Shown here: positions 1 through 12,058 of the stretch, piece after piece
Position numbering within the stretch: the stretch's first letter is position 1
Layout: every line of letters starts with the position of its first letter
Origin: Octopus sinensis
Taxonomy: Eukaryota
Reading direction: 5' to 3'
Assembly (NCBI RefSeq): GCF_006345805.1
Contig: NC_043004.1
Location: 72,912,001-72,976,000 of the forward strand
DNA: 64,000 bases
Program-made: the position numbers and the translations under genes
The notes under the pieces: generated by a model
The model's database searches: none
Told to the model about the DNA's origin: nothing
The model's input: only the letters and a program-made list of their open reading frames with translations

Positions 1-56
1 TAGTTGGGGAGGAGGAGGAGAAGGAGTCTGGAATATGTTTACACTAGTACTGCTAC

Positions 57-126
57 TTAGAATGATGATGATGATGTGTGGATGATGTGAATGATGTGGA
101 TGATGATGATGATGAGGTGGAGGATG

Positions 127-158
<32 letters not shown>

Positions 159-260
159 AATGTCGATGATGATGTAGATGATGATGATGATGATGATAAT
201 GTCGATGATGATGATGATGATTGTAATGATGCTGATATGAATGATGATGTGGACGACGAT
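57..260. repeat. (GAT)n imperfect trinucleotide microsatellite
   Basis: Direct reading of the sequence. Confidence 0.9.
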
Positions 261-2198
261 GATGATGATAGTGTTACTGGCTGGTGCTGGCAATTGTCGT
301 ACTGCTGCTGCTGGAGGTGATATTGCTGTAGCTTGGCCTGTAGAGGACCGTCTATAATGGCGTCGTCATAATGGTGGTGATCGCAGTGGCAGCTGTAATG
401 GCGAAATTGTGATGGTGTCGGAGGTAGTATATATAATGATGTTTGCTCTGATTGTATCGAGAATCATCTGTGTTGGATGTTGTTCTTGTTGCTGTTGTGT
501 GCTGCCTCCATCATTGTTATCGTTGATGTTGCTGTCGTTTAGCCCCACGTCAGCCCTATCATGTCTATGATCAAATACATTCCGTCCATGGCCATCCTAT
601 GTTTTCTTTGTGCACTAAAGAACTCAGGATCACGTTACACAACGCATACCTTTTCTAAGGCAGTGTAATTTGAGAGCGATTTGGCTGTCGAACGACCGCA
701 TAAAGATTCCTCTTGTTAACTCACGATGGTTGTTGGTAGTGATGTTAGTGTTGATGCTGGTGGTGGTGGTGGTGGTGGTGGTGGTGGTGGTGGTGGTGAT
801 GGTGGTGGTGGTGGTTGCTGGTTGGTGACGTTGTCCGGGGTGAAGGTGCATTGGGTCTGCGCAGCGAGGGGCGGCAGTGGTGCCGCAGGTAACGGCGAGG
901 GGTTCAGTTCAGAGATAGGATAAGGGAAAAGATATCTCTGCTGATAGGAAGATGTCTGGTCTAATGGTTTGTGGGTGTGTCCACAATGGTTGACTGGCGG
1001 CGGTGGCGGTGGGGGGGGGGCGTACGAAACGAAAACATGTGTGAGGGGTGTTGTGGTGTTTAGAATTGTGTCTGTGGTATGTCCTGGTGTATGCGCGGTT
1101 GGAGAATAGTGATGGTGCGGGTGGAAGACGGGGCTTATTGTAATAATGATTACGTGCGTGTAGTTGGTAATGGCAGTGGTTGACGCTGTGTAGTGTATGA
1201 GTTGTGGTGGGTGTGAGAAATGAGGGGTACGGTGTGGCGTGTTGTGTTGCGGTGCGGTGTGTGATATCAGTGAATGGTGAAACTGATAGGGCCCTGTGGC
1301 AATAATTCTTCTTAGCGCCACACATCTCTTTTTTTTTTCCTTTTTTAAGGCCAAGGTATTTAAATCAACAACTATAACCGCAGAAACAATAACAACTACA
1401 ACAACATTAGTACCAACAACAACAATATAATAAACAATAAGAGCAATATCAAAAGAATGAAAAGTTGCAATTATAAAACAATAGCGGCAACAAACAACAA
1501 CAATAACACCAGCAGCAGCAGCAACAACAACAACAATAACAACAATAACAACAACAACAATAACAACAATAACAACAACAGCAACTCAAGAGGAATAACG
1601 TTGACTGATGAGAGATATCGAGGTGTCTTCTCCTTATTGCTGTTGTTGTGGCTGTTGATATTGCTGTTGTTGTTGTAGCTGCAGATCGACACCAACGACT
1701 AGGCGTATGATTAAAGATATTCCAGCCGTGACAATCGCGTCTTTTTTCTGTCTGTTTTTGTTTTTTCGGTCAAATCACTAGTTTATTTCACAGGTGGAGG
1801 AATGATTATAATAGGATTGGAAGAAAGAAAGAAAGGAAGGAAGAAAGGAAGGAGGAAGAAGGAAGGAAGGAAGGAAGGAAAGAAGAAAGAAAGAAAGAAA
1901 GAAAAAGAATGAAGAAAGAAAAGAAAGAAAAGAAAGAAAGAAAGAAAGAAAGAAAGAGAAAATGCATTCAGAAATTACCATTCTTAGTCACGATTGCGTT
2001 ATTTCAGTTCTCCCCCTCTCTCCCCCCCTCTCTCTCCCTCTTTCTCTTTCCCTCCTTATCTCCCTCCCTTTCTCTTTCTCTCTCTCTCTTTCTTTCTCCC
2101 TCTCTCTCACTCTGCCCCTTTCTGCCGTTGCTATCATGGCCTCTATTCTTCAGAGTTGACCAGGTACATGCCTTCTTCATTGAAGAGTTCTTGACCCG

Positions 2199-2553
2199 GA
2201 GAAGACGCGTTGCAAAGTGGTCAGGGGTATTCACCTCACGATCGAAAGGTCGTGAATTCGATTCCTGCCAGTGCATTGTCCCCTAGAGCAAGACGCTGTA
2301 TTTAGTTTTGTTCCACTCCACTCAGCTGTCAAAACTGAGTAGAACCTGTAACTCAAAGGGCCGGCCTCGTCACATTTTGTGTGATACTGAATCTCCCTGA
2401 GAACTTCATTAAGGGTACGTTTGTAAGTGGTGTACTCAGCCACTTGCACGTTAATTTCACGAGCAGTTTGTTCCGTTGATTGGATCAACTATAACATTCG
2501 TCGTCGCAACCGACGAAGTGCCAGCTTTTTCTTTTTTTTTTCCTTCTTTTTTC
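2199..2553 (+). mobile_element. Full-length tRNA-derived CORE-type SINE with T-rich tail
   Basis: tRNA-like head (GTGAATTCGATTCC B-box), CORE-like CCACTCAGCTG segment, and a 13-bp target-site duplication AGTTCTTGACCCG at 2186-2198 and 2554-2566. Confidence 0.85.
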
Positions 2554-2774
2554 AGTTCTTGACCCGCTTATTTCTCATCCTACTATCACCCTTGTTTTAT
2601 TCAACCCCCACCAGGCACCTCATTACCTATTATCTACGTCCAAGTCTCTCTTTATTTCCTACTCTTTGGAATTCAGCTCTTTGGAATTCCCACTCAGCTT
2701 AGGTCTCTCCTATAGGAGTTAACTTACAAAGAATCAAAGAGTAACATTAATGGTATCAATATCACAGATCTAGG

Positions 2775-3102
2775 AAGCTGGCAGAATCGTTAGCACGCCG
2801 GGTAAAATGCTTAACATCATTTCGTCCGTCTTTACGTGCTGAGTTCAAATTCTGCTGAGGTCGACTTTGCCTTTCATCCTTTCGGGGCCGATAAATTAAG
2901 TACCAGTTGCGTACTGGGGTCGATCTAATCGACTGGCCTCCCCAAAATTTCGGGCCTTGTGCCTAGAGTAGAAAAGATTCTTTCGGGGGACGATAAATCA
3001 AGTACCAGTGAAACACTGGGGTTGATGTAATCGACTACCCTTCTCCCACAAAATTTCATGGTCTTGTGCCTTCAGTAGAAAGGACTGTTATTATTATTAT
3101 TA

Positions 3103-3136
<34 letters not shown>

Positions 3137-3800
3137 GGCGGCGAGCTAGCAGAATCATTAGCACGTAAAGCAAAATGCTTAGCGGCATTTCGTCTGTCTT
3201 TACGCCACCACCACTACAGTTTAACAAATAGCATTAGTTTGTTTACGTCCTCATAACTTAGCGGTTCGGCAAAATACCCGATAGAATAAGTACCAAATTT
3301 TAATGTATCGTTTCTACTTTTGCTTTTCTTTTTTTGTTTTTTGTTGCTTTTTTTTTTGAGCTGACAGAACTATTAGCATTCCGGACAATATGGATAGCGA
3401 AATTTCTACTGGTTCTCCGGCTCTTTACGTTCTGAGTTCAAATTCCCCCGGGGGTCAACTTTATCTTCCGTCCTTTCAGAGTCCATGAAATAAAGTAGCT
3501 GGGGGTCGATGCGATTGACTCAAAAGCTGCTGGCCTTGTTCCAAAACGTTGAAGGAATTATCGCTGTTTTCTTAAAGGCGGCAAACTGGGTAGGATCGTT
3601 TACGTCTCGGAGAAAATACTTTACAACTTTTTTTCTTCCAAAATTTTTCGTCTGTCCTCAAATTCCACTGAAGTCAACTTTGCTTTTTCATCTCTTTTGG
3701 AATCAATAAAATAACGTATTTATCAAGTTCCGGGGTCGACGGCATCAACTAATCCCTCTTCTTAAAATTCCTGGCCATGTGCCTACAACAGAAAGCATCT
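2775..3800 (+). mobile_element. Cluster of degenerate copies of tRNA-derived SINE family A (V-domain-like core)
   Basis: Repeated GCTGGCAGAATCGTTAGC...GAGTTCAAATT...GCCTTTCATCCTTTCGGGG...AAGTACCAG...GGGGTCGAT motifs. Confidence 0.85.
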
Positions 3801-3859
3801 TTCTTGTTTTCCAAAATTTTCGTTCATAATCTTTTTCCGTAGCCTTTTCTTTTTCCATA

Positions 3860-3871
3860 ATCTTCTTCTTT

Positions 3872-3904
<33 letters not shown>

Positions 3905-4950
3905 TTCTTCTTCTTCTTCTTCTTCTTCTTCTTCTTTTTCCTCTCCTCTTCTTCTTCTCTTCTCTCTCCCCTTTCTCCTTCTTCTTCTTCTTCTTCTTCT
4001 TCTTCTTCTTCTTCTCCTTCTCCTTCTTTTTCTTCTTCTTCTTCTTCTTCTTCTTCTCATCTTCTCTCCTTCCCTCCTTTTTCTTCTTCTTTTTCTTCTC
4101 TTCTCCTTCTTCTTTTTCTTCTTCTCCTTCTTCATCTTCTTTTTCTTCTTCCCTCTCCTTCTTCCTTTCTTCTTCCTTCTCCTTCCTTCTCCTTCTTATT
4201 CTTCTTCCCCTTCTTCTTCTCTTCTTCTTCTTTTCTTCTCTTCTTCTTCTTCTCCTTCTCCTTCTTCTTCTTCTTCTCTTCTTCTCCTTCTCTTCTCCTT
4301 CTTCTTCTCCTTTTCTTCTCTTCTTCTCTTCTTTTCTTCCTTCTCTTCTTCTCTTCTTCTTCTTCCTCCTTTCCGTTCTCCTTTCCCTTCTTCTTCTCTT
4401 TCCTTCTTCTTCTCCTTTCCTTCTCCTTCTTTTCTTCTTCTCCTTTCCTTCTTCTTCTTCTTCCCTTCTCCTTCTTCTTCTTCTTCTTCTCCTTCTCCTT
4501 CTTCTTTTCTTCTTCTCTCCTTCTCCTTCTCTTCTTCTTCTCCTTCTTTCTTCTTCTTCTCCTTTCCTTCTTTTTCTTCTTCTCCTTCTCCTTCTCCTTT
4601 TCTTCTTCTTCTCCTTCTTCTCCTTTCCTTCTCCTTCCTTCTTCTTCTTCTTCTCTCCTTCTCTTCTTTCTTCTTCTCCTTCTCCTTCTTCATTTTTCTT
4701 TTTCTCCTTCTTCTTCTTCTTCTCCTTCTTCATTTTCTTCTTCTTCTCCTTCTCCTCTTCTTCTCCTTCTCTTCTTCTTCTTCTTCTTCTTCTTGTTCTC
4801 CTTCTCCTTCTTCTTCTTCTTCTTTCCTTCTCTTCTTTCTTCTCCTTCTCCTTCTTCTTCTTCTTTTCTCTTCTCTTCTTCTTCTCTTCTCTTCTACTTC
4901 TTCTTCTCCTCCTTCTCTTCTCCTTCTTCTTTTCTTCTTCTTCTTCTTCG
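3860..4950. repeat. ~1.1 kb imperfect (CTT/CCT)n polypyrimidine-polypurine tract
   Basis: + strand is almost entirely C/T. It is the source of the spurious K/E/R-rich ORFs. Confidence 0.95.
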
Positions 4951-5374
4951 CCTTCCCGTTTTGCCTTTCTAATTTTCTTTCTTACTGTTCTCTCGTTTCT
5001 ATTTCCTTTCTTCATTTATTAATTGTACGTCTGCTACTACTGCTGCTGCTGCTGCTGCCGCTGTTATTACTCATTATTTCATTTCGGGTTATTGAGTACC
5101 AGTTATATTCGGTGATCAGTTAACAATATTCCACTCCTAAATATTTATGGCATTATATCAATGCCAACAAACCTCATCAACGTCATCACCATCATTGCTA
5201 TATTAGTCAACAAGCAATCCAGCAAGTGAGAATTGCCCCCCAATTAAATGTACGTAATCTTAAAACGTAAAGGATTCATTCGGTAATATAATCCGAGATA
5301 TAAATGTAAAGATGGAATGGTCAAATGTGGAATGCCTTTGACCATAGTCCAACTCTACCAAGGTTTACGATAAC

Positions 5375-5520
5375 TTTATTATTTACATTATTTACATTAG
5401 GCGGATATTTGTCCTCATCTTGGTTGTTGTTAACACAACATTTCGGCTGGTATACCCTCCAGTCTTCATCAGGTGTCTTGGAGGAATTTCAAAACTGGGT
5501 TCACATTCCTAAGGTTTTTT
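5375..5520 (-). mobile_element. Penelope-like element terminal (pLTR) fragment
   Basis: Contains a CTGATGA...CCGAAA(T)GTT hammerhead motif followed by a (AATGTAAAT)n-like tail. A homologous tail lies inverted at 5731-5766. Confidence 0.65.
5432..5477 (-). ncRNA. Minimal type I hammerhead ribozyme motif (dimer-type, slightly decayed)
   Basis: Minus strand reads GACAC-CUGAUGA-A-GACUGG-AGGGUAUA-CCAGCC-GAAA-UG-UU^GUGUU. Stem I is GACAC/GUGUU, stem II has 5 of 6 pairs, and stem III is the self-complementary AUGU. Confidence 0.7.
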
Positions 5521-5532
5521 TCGATGTTGTTG

Positions 5533-5584
<52 letters not shown>

Positions 5585-5585
5585 G

Positions 5586-5661
<76 letters not shown>

Positions 5662-5724
5662 CATTATTATTGCTTGGAATCGAACTTGGAATCTTGGGGT
5701 TAGTAGCCCGCGCTCTTAATGCCC

Positions 5725-5805
5725 GACGAAGACAAATATCCGTCTAATGTAAATAATGTAAATAATGTTCATAATACCTCATCTCCTAAATATAGAACTT
5801 TATTA
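5725..5805 (+). mobile_element. Second Penelope-like terminal fragment, inverted relative to 5375-5520, lacking the hammerhead
   Basis: 5731-5766 matches the reverse complement of 5378-5413 at 35 of 36 nt. Confidence 0.6.
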
Positions 5806-6071
5806 TTGTTTATATTGCGGGTGAAAATACTGCTATTTTGTCTATCTTTACATTCGGAGTTCAAATTCCGCCGACGTCGGCTTTGCCTTCCATTCTTTCA
5901 GGGTCGATAAATTGAGTATCAGTGAAACACTGGGGTCGATGTGATCGACTAGTCCCCTCCCCACAGATTTCAGGCCTTGTGCCTTTAGTAGAATGGATTC
6001 TTAATTCAAGTCACAGCATACATGTACACTGCAACATAATTTCTTTTCCTCAACAGGCCCTGCCCTATTTA

Positions 6072-6462
6072 ACTGGCAGAATCAGTAACTGGCACGCCGG
6101 GCGAAATGCGTAGCCGTATTTCGTCTGCTGTTACGTTCTGAGTTCAAATTCCGCCGAGGTCGACTTTGCCTTTCATCCTTTCGGGGTCGATAAATTAAGT
6201 ACCAGTTACGCACTGGGGTCGATGTAATCGTCTTAATACCTATGTCTGTCCTTGTTTGTCTCCTCTGTGTTTACCCCCTTGTGGGTAATAAAGAAATAGG
6301 TATTTCGTCTGTCTACATGTTCTGAGTTCAAATTCCGCCAAGGTCGACTTTGCCTTTCATCCTTTCGGGTTTGATAAAATAAGTACCAGCTGAGTACTGG
6401 GGTCGATGTAATCGGCTATCTCCCTCTTCCAAATTTCAGGCCTTGTGCCTATAATAGAAAGG

Positions 6463-6465
<3 letters not shown>
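6072..6465 (+). mobile_element. Dimeric SINE family A copy
   Basis: Head followed by two B-box/core units joined at AAAGAAATAGGTATTTCG, ending in a (TAT)n tract. Confidence 0.85.
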
Positions 6466-6505
<40 letters not shown>

Positions 6506-6519
6506 TATTATTATTATCA

Positions 6520-6558
<39 letters not shown>

Positions 6559-6587
6559 TATTATATTATTATTATTATTATTATTAA

Positions 6588-7514
6588 AAAGATAAACTTA
6601 GATATGTTTCGACCAGAGATTGGTCCAGGCCATGTTTAACTTAATAACACCACCTGATAGGATTATTTGAATCCTGTATAAGTCAAGTTTTGTTTATGGT
6701 CCATTCAAGGTGAGTTTTTGTTGGGTGAGTTGTATCCAATTATGGGTGGCTTATCTGGTATTCTTTGAAGGAATCTATCCAGACTCCGTTTAAAGTTGAT
6801 GGGATCTTTTCCTCTTTGATCTCTTTCGGGACAATGTTAAATAGGGCAGGGCCTGTTGAGGAAAAGAAATTATGTTGCAGTGTACATGTATGCTGTGACT
6901 TGAAATAGGCAGGGGACGTATGGCCCGTGGTCCCAGTCTTGGATGAACCTTGAAGCTAATGTTCAGGTCGTTTGGGCAAAGTTGGCGGTATATTCTCCAC
7001 ATCGTACAAATGATGTACCGCTCACGGCGACGCTGGAGAGAGTAGAGTTTCAAGGCTTTAAGGCGATCCCAATAATCAAGAGCAGCCATGCCTTCAATTC
7101 ATTTAGTGAGTGCCCTCTGGGGTGATTCAATTCTCGAGATGTTTTGTCTTGTATGGGGAGACCACAGTGGGCAGCAGTATTCGAGGTGTGACCGTACAAA
7201 GAGGAGAAAAGTGGTATGATGACACCTTGTTCTCTGGACCGGAAAGTTCTTAAGATCCAGGAACTCATCCTACGAGCTATATCGACCTTCTTGTTGATGT
7301 GTGCACTCCAACTGAGATCGTCATCAACAATTACACCCAGGTCTCTGATATTGTTAGAGGCTGTGAGCGGTTCCCTGAAGGAAGAGTGTATGGCTGTTTT
7401 AGTGAGGAATTTCTTCCAAAATGCATCAGCTCAAATTTTCCCTCGTTCAGTTGCATTTTGTTTCTGTCTGCCAATTGACTCACAGCATATAGATCAGACT
7501 GGAGTTGAGTTCGG
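6588..7514 (-). mobile_element. 5'-truncated CR1-group LINE (RT C-terminus plus 3' UTR), disrupted
   Basis: Frames give LQSDLYAV...LNEGKFELMHFG, SSWILRTFRSR, YWDRLKALKLYSLQRRRERY and HNFFSSTGPALFNI...LDRFLQRIPDKP, with frameshifts. Confidence 0.92.
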
Positions 7515-7521
7515 TTTATTA

Positions 7522-7575
<54 letters not shown>

Positions 7576-8625
7576 GTTCAATGTTTATAGTTCAATGTTT
7601 AGAGTGCAGTCAAGTATAAGAAATATCGCGACCACCACCGCCAATTTTATCATCTTCATCATCATCAACATCACCATCATCATCATCACTATCAGTGTCC
7701 TAACTACTAACAAAATATCAAGTGATAAATAAATTTCTAAAAGAAAAAAAAAAAGAAAACAAAAATGAAAGCAAAGTTGAAAATATCCAGAAGACATTTT
7801 AAAACACCAGTAAACACACGAAACAAATGAAAGGAGGTACACGAGGTGATATGGGGTGGGGGTGGAACAAAAAACATCAAAAACACCCCTCCCCCCCAAA
7901 AAAAAAACCCAAAACCGTAACACAAAGAAACAGATCAGATTCCTCCCGCTAGTTACCACCCATCTTTTTGTTCCACCTCCGCCAAACAAATCCACCCCCG
8001 CCACCCTCTTCACCGCCACCGACGCCATTGTTCCAGCCATTGCTACCGTCAATGGCATAGTCATTCATGGAAGAAGAAAATTACTAATACTTGTGGACTC
8101 CTTTTTTTTTTTTTCAAGTGAAAAGTCGTAAATTAAGTTAGAATGAAGTACTAGTAGCTATAGAAGTAATGTAATTATCGGAAATATAATTATGAGAATT
8201 AAGGCTTCTGGTTTTAAAGCTGATCGATTTGGCGATTCTGTTAGTTTTTATATTGATCTCGTCTCGGCTAGATATTTTCATGGCTTTCTGACGTTGTTCT
8301 TGTTAACGTTGTTGTTGTTGTTGTTGTTGTTCTTGTTCTTGTTGTTTGTGGTATTGGTATTGGTGTTGGTGATGGTGGAATGGTGGTCGTTGTCGTGCAG
8401 TGTATCTTAATGCGGTGTCCGTTTTTGTTTATTTGAATTTGTTTGATATCATCAATTCACCTTTTCATCATGTTCATCGATGCTTGATATCTGTTTAGTG
8501 TCATTTTAGTGATATATATATATATATGTACGTGTGTGTGCGTGTGTGTGTATACACGTGCGTGTGTGGTATTTATAAGCATATACATATTACCCATGTA
8601 TGTATGTATGTCTTTACACATATAT

Positions 8626-8669
<44 letters not shown>

Positions 8670-9022
8670 ATGTATGTATACATACATATGCACCACTCAC
8701 CTCACGTACACGCACACGTGCACACAGAGTGGGAGAGAGAAAATGGTAGAGAGAAAAATGAAGAGAGAATTATATACTTAATTGTGATGGTTAAAATAAA
8801 CTACTGAACTAAAAGTTTAGACATAAACAATGCGTACATACATATTTATATACATACATAAATACATGCAAGTGTATATACACACGCAAAAATGTGCTAT
8901 TGCGTTTGTGCGTGTATGTGTGTGTGTGCGCGCGTCATAGAAAGGGTATTTAAATATCAGGCCGCGTGCATATATACACACTCACATGTACTTACATACA
9001 TACATAATACATACATACATAA

Positions 9023-9053
<31 letters not shown>

Positions 9054-9245
9054 GTATATATGTATGTATACATACACATATGAATATATGTATGTATGTG
9101 TGTATATATATATATATATTTGTGTATGCATGTAGATACACACACACACACATATATATGCATTTAAGTGCATATGCGCACATATATGTATATACATACA
9201 TAATTATATATATATATGTATAGTATATAATATATATATATATAT

Positions 9246-9278
<33 letters not shown>

Positions 9279-9325
9279 ATCAAATACACATAAAAACAGA
9301 GTGTGTAACAGACATATAGACCAAC

Positions 9326-9397
<72 letters not shown>

Positions 9398-9929
9398 GAT
9401 CATTCGTTTAGTATAATTTCGTTAGCGTTTATAGCTGCTGATATCATCGCATCTGTACAACATATTCTACTACCAATTATTGTGAGTGATTTCTCATCTG
9501 TTCAGATTAACATATGCATCAAATTTATTGATCGATATCAGATCTGTTCAGTCTTACTTGATATCACTAATGTTTATATAGAATAAGAAGACATAAGCTG
9601 TCCCACGAACTTAAGCGACATCAGTGAGTTTTCAAAAAACCTTCAACCCGGTAATGGAAATCAGGTTTTCGTTCGCAGATGGAAGAACATCCCTTATTGC
9701 TTCACAGAAATCAAAAATTTCTCAGGGGCACACATTGTTTTCGTTTTTTATTTATTTATCTTTTATTTCTACATTTTATAGTCTCAGTGGAGGGGAAGGT
9801 TTGGGCGAACGTTTTATTGGCCACATACGTATATATATATTATATACACACACACACATATATATATACATACATATATATATATACACACATACAAATA
9901 CACTATATATGTGTGTGTGCGTATATATA

Positions 9930-9962
<33 letters not shown>

Positions 9963-10033
9963 TATATATATACATACATATATATATACACCCATACAAA
10001 TACACTATATATGTGTATATATATATATATATA

Positions 10034-10091
<58 letters not shown>

Positions 10092-10719
10092 TAGTATATT
10101 AGTTAGAATGCTAAAATACTTTTTAATGTAGTGTTCAAGACTACTCCAGTTAATAGTCAAAACCTGTTATTGTTAAAAAAATGCTTAGCAAAACCCGAAT
10201 TGTAGGAGAAAGATAATTCGTCTTCCCTGCCCCTTTCCCTAACCCGAAAGTGACATACCCGAGTTCTTTATAGATGAAAACAGGTAATGTGCTAAGGGGG
10301 AGAATATTCTGATCTTTTTACTAGATACAGTGATGGCTCCGTATATGTTTTGGTCTTTCTTATTAGAATTAGGGCCGGTGTAAAATCATTGAGAGCCCTT
10401 AACCGACCCCACAGTGTGTCCTCTTCCAACCCTACAACGAATATCTTCTCGCTATCCTGTAATGAAAGCTTACTTCTTCCTTCTTTTCAATTTTTTTTTT
10501 CTTTTTTTCACAATTCCCTCCGACTATCCCGAAAAATTATACTCAACCTGCAAGTAAGGAATCTGTACTTATAGTGCCATATATCATTGAGTTAATCTGT
10601 TACAGGACAAAATTTGAAATATTTCACGCCAAATCATGTGACAGATCAAATCATCACACATCCCCCTCTCGCCTCACACCTTCACTAACCATTCTTTGTA
10701 CCGGAATTAACCTCTGTTC

Positions 10720-11440
10720 TCTTTATTAATAAACTTTAGTGTTTTCCATTGGATTATGACATTATGTGTAAGTTATTTGTGGAGCTCTTGAGTTTAGCTA
10801 GCGTCCAAGGCGATCACCTTGTTTGCTTCGTGGAGAGCGCCGACCCTGGTTAAACTTTTCAAGGAAGTAGTACCTTCTTTGACAGCTTGTGCCTGTAATC
10901 TGATTATCTCTATATTTTCTGGCTTTGTGAATCTCAGCTTCTCAAGCTTGGTACCGAGGTTCCAGTAATTATTGATACAAATCTAAACTTATAGTCTGAA
11001 CGGAGTAGCAACCGATTTCTCATTAGTTCGGCATGGATGCTCTCTTAATAATCGTAAACCTTCTGCTGACATCTGTTGGGCATAGTTTCTTTTCTCCGGC
11101 CCAAATTATTGTCCCTTCTGTTATGTTTGCATTTTACTAATGTCATCACAACAACCTTCAGCCAGTAATCTGTGATTATACCCTCCACATTATCGTAGCT
11201 TATTACATTTGTCTTTCAGGAGCATTCTTTCGATATGCATCATTACATATTGCTTTAATCATGGCGTCATGACTCATGGGTGGGCAATACCATAAGGACA
11301 GTTTCGGGCAACAACTTATGATGTGGATGACATTCCCAATGTTCGTTCCACAGAACCCGCCTCATTTTGGCATCCTTTTCCCTTTTGTGCAATGCATCAC
11401 TTACTTTGTAGTTATTTCTTGCCTTTGTATTACAAAAGCA
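10720..11440 (-). pseudogene. Ancient R4/Dong-type (restriction-like endonuclease) non-LTR retrotransposon, C-terminal relic
   Basis: Patchy frames give a CCHC knuckle (GFCGTNIGNVIHIISCCPKLSLWYCPPMSHDAMIKAICN), then CKHNRRD (NRPD-like), DYKFRFVSIITG and LQAQAVKEGT. Confidence 0.7.
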
Positions 11441-11454
11441 TATCTTGATCTTTA

Positions 11455-11854
11455 TTTGTTTTAGTCATTAGACTATGATCATGCTGGAGCACTGCCTTTT
11501 AGTCGAACGAATCGACCTCTGGACTCATTTTTTTAAAAGCCTGATCTTTATTTTATTAGTCTCTTTTGCTGAACCGCTTTTACCAGCACCTGTTATCAAG
11601 CGATGGTCGGGAAAAACAAACACAGACACAACACCTCGCGCTCGCGCATATATATATATATTATATATATATATATAGATTATATATATATATATATTAT
11701 ATATGTATATATTTTTCATGTATTTACAAAGGCTTAAATTCCCCATAGGAAGGAGTAGCCAACAAGACAAACACCAGGCATTCCATTCAATTCCCACCTC
11801 TTCACACACCACACACACACACACATATATATATAATATATATATATATATATA

Positions 11855-11895
<41 letters not shown>

Positions 11896-12058
11896 CGATG
11901 AGTCTCTTTCAGGTCTGTTTACCAAATCCACTTACAAAACTTTGGCGGACTCGAGGCCATAGCAAAAGACACTTGCTCAAGGTGTCATGCAGTGGACCTG
12001 AACCCGAACCACGTGGTAGGGAAGCAAATGTCTCCATTACGCATCCACGCCTGCGCCT
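11455..12058 (-). mobile_element. Bipartite SINE family B (CORE-like left half, microsatellite, right half)
   Basis: Both halves recognisable on either side of a (TA)/(CA)/(GA) tract. Confidence 0.8.

Noticed and set aside
716-1354. 212-aa His/Pro/Thr-rich minus-strand ORF and neighbouring short ORFs
   Set aside because: Compositionally biased, partly (GGT)n-derived, with no recognisable domain or matched splice sites. A non-coding or UTR exon cannot be excluded.
1600-1630. CTGATGA-GAGATATC-GAGG-TGTC hammerhead-like string
   Set aside because: GAGG replaces GAAA and there is no stem I complementarity.
3900-5015. 371-aa Lys/Glu/Arg-rich ORF
   Set aside because: It lies wholly in the (CTT/CCT)n tract, where purine-only codons cannot form stops and overlapping frames are also open.
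9600-10480. Short open frames in unique-looking DNA (EIFDFCEAIRDVLPS...; DSEKIFVVGLEEDTLWGRL...)
   Set aside because: No recognisable homology and no convincing acceptor/donor pair.
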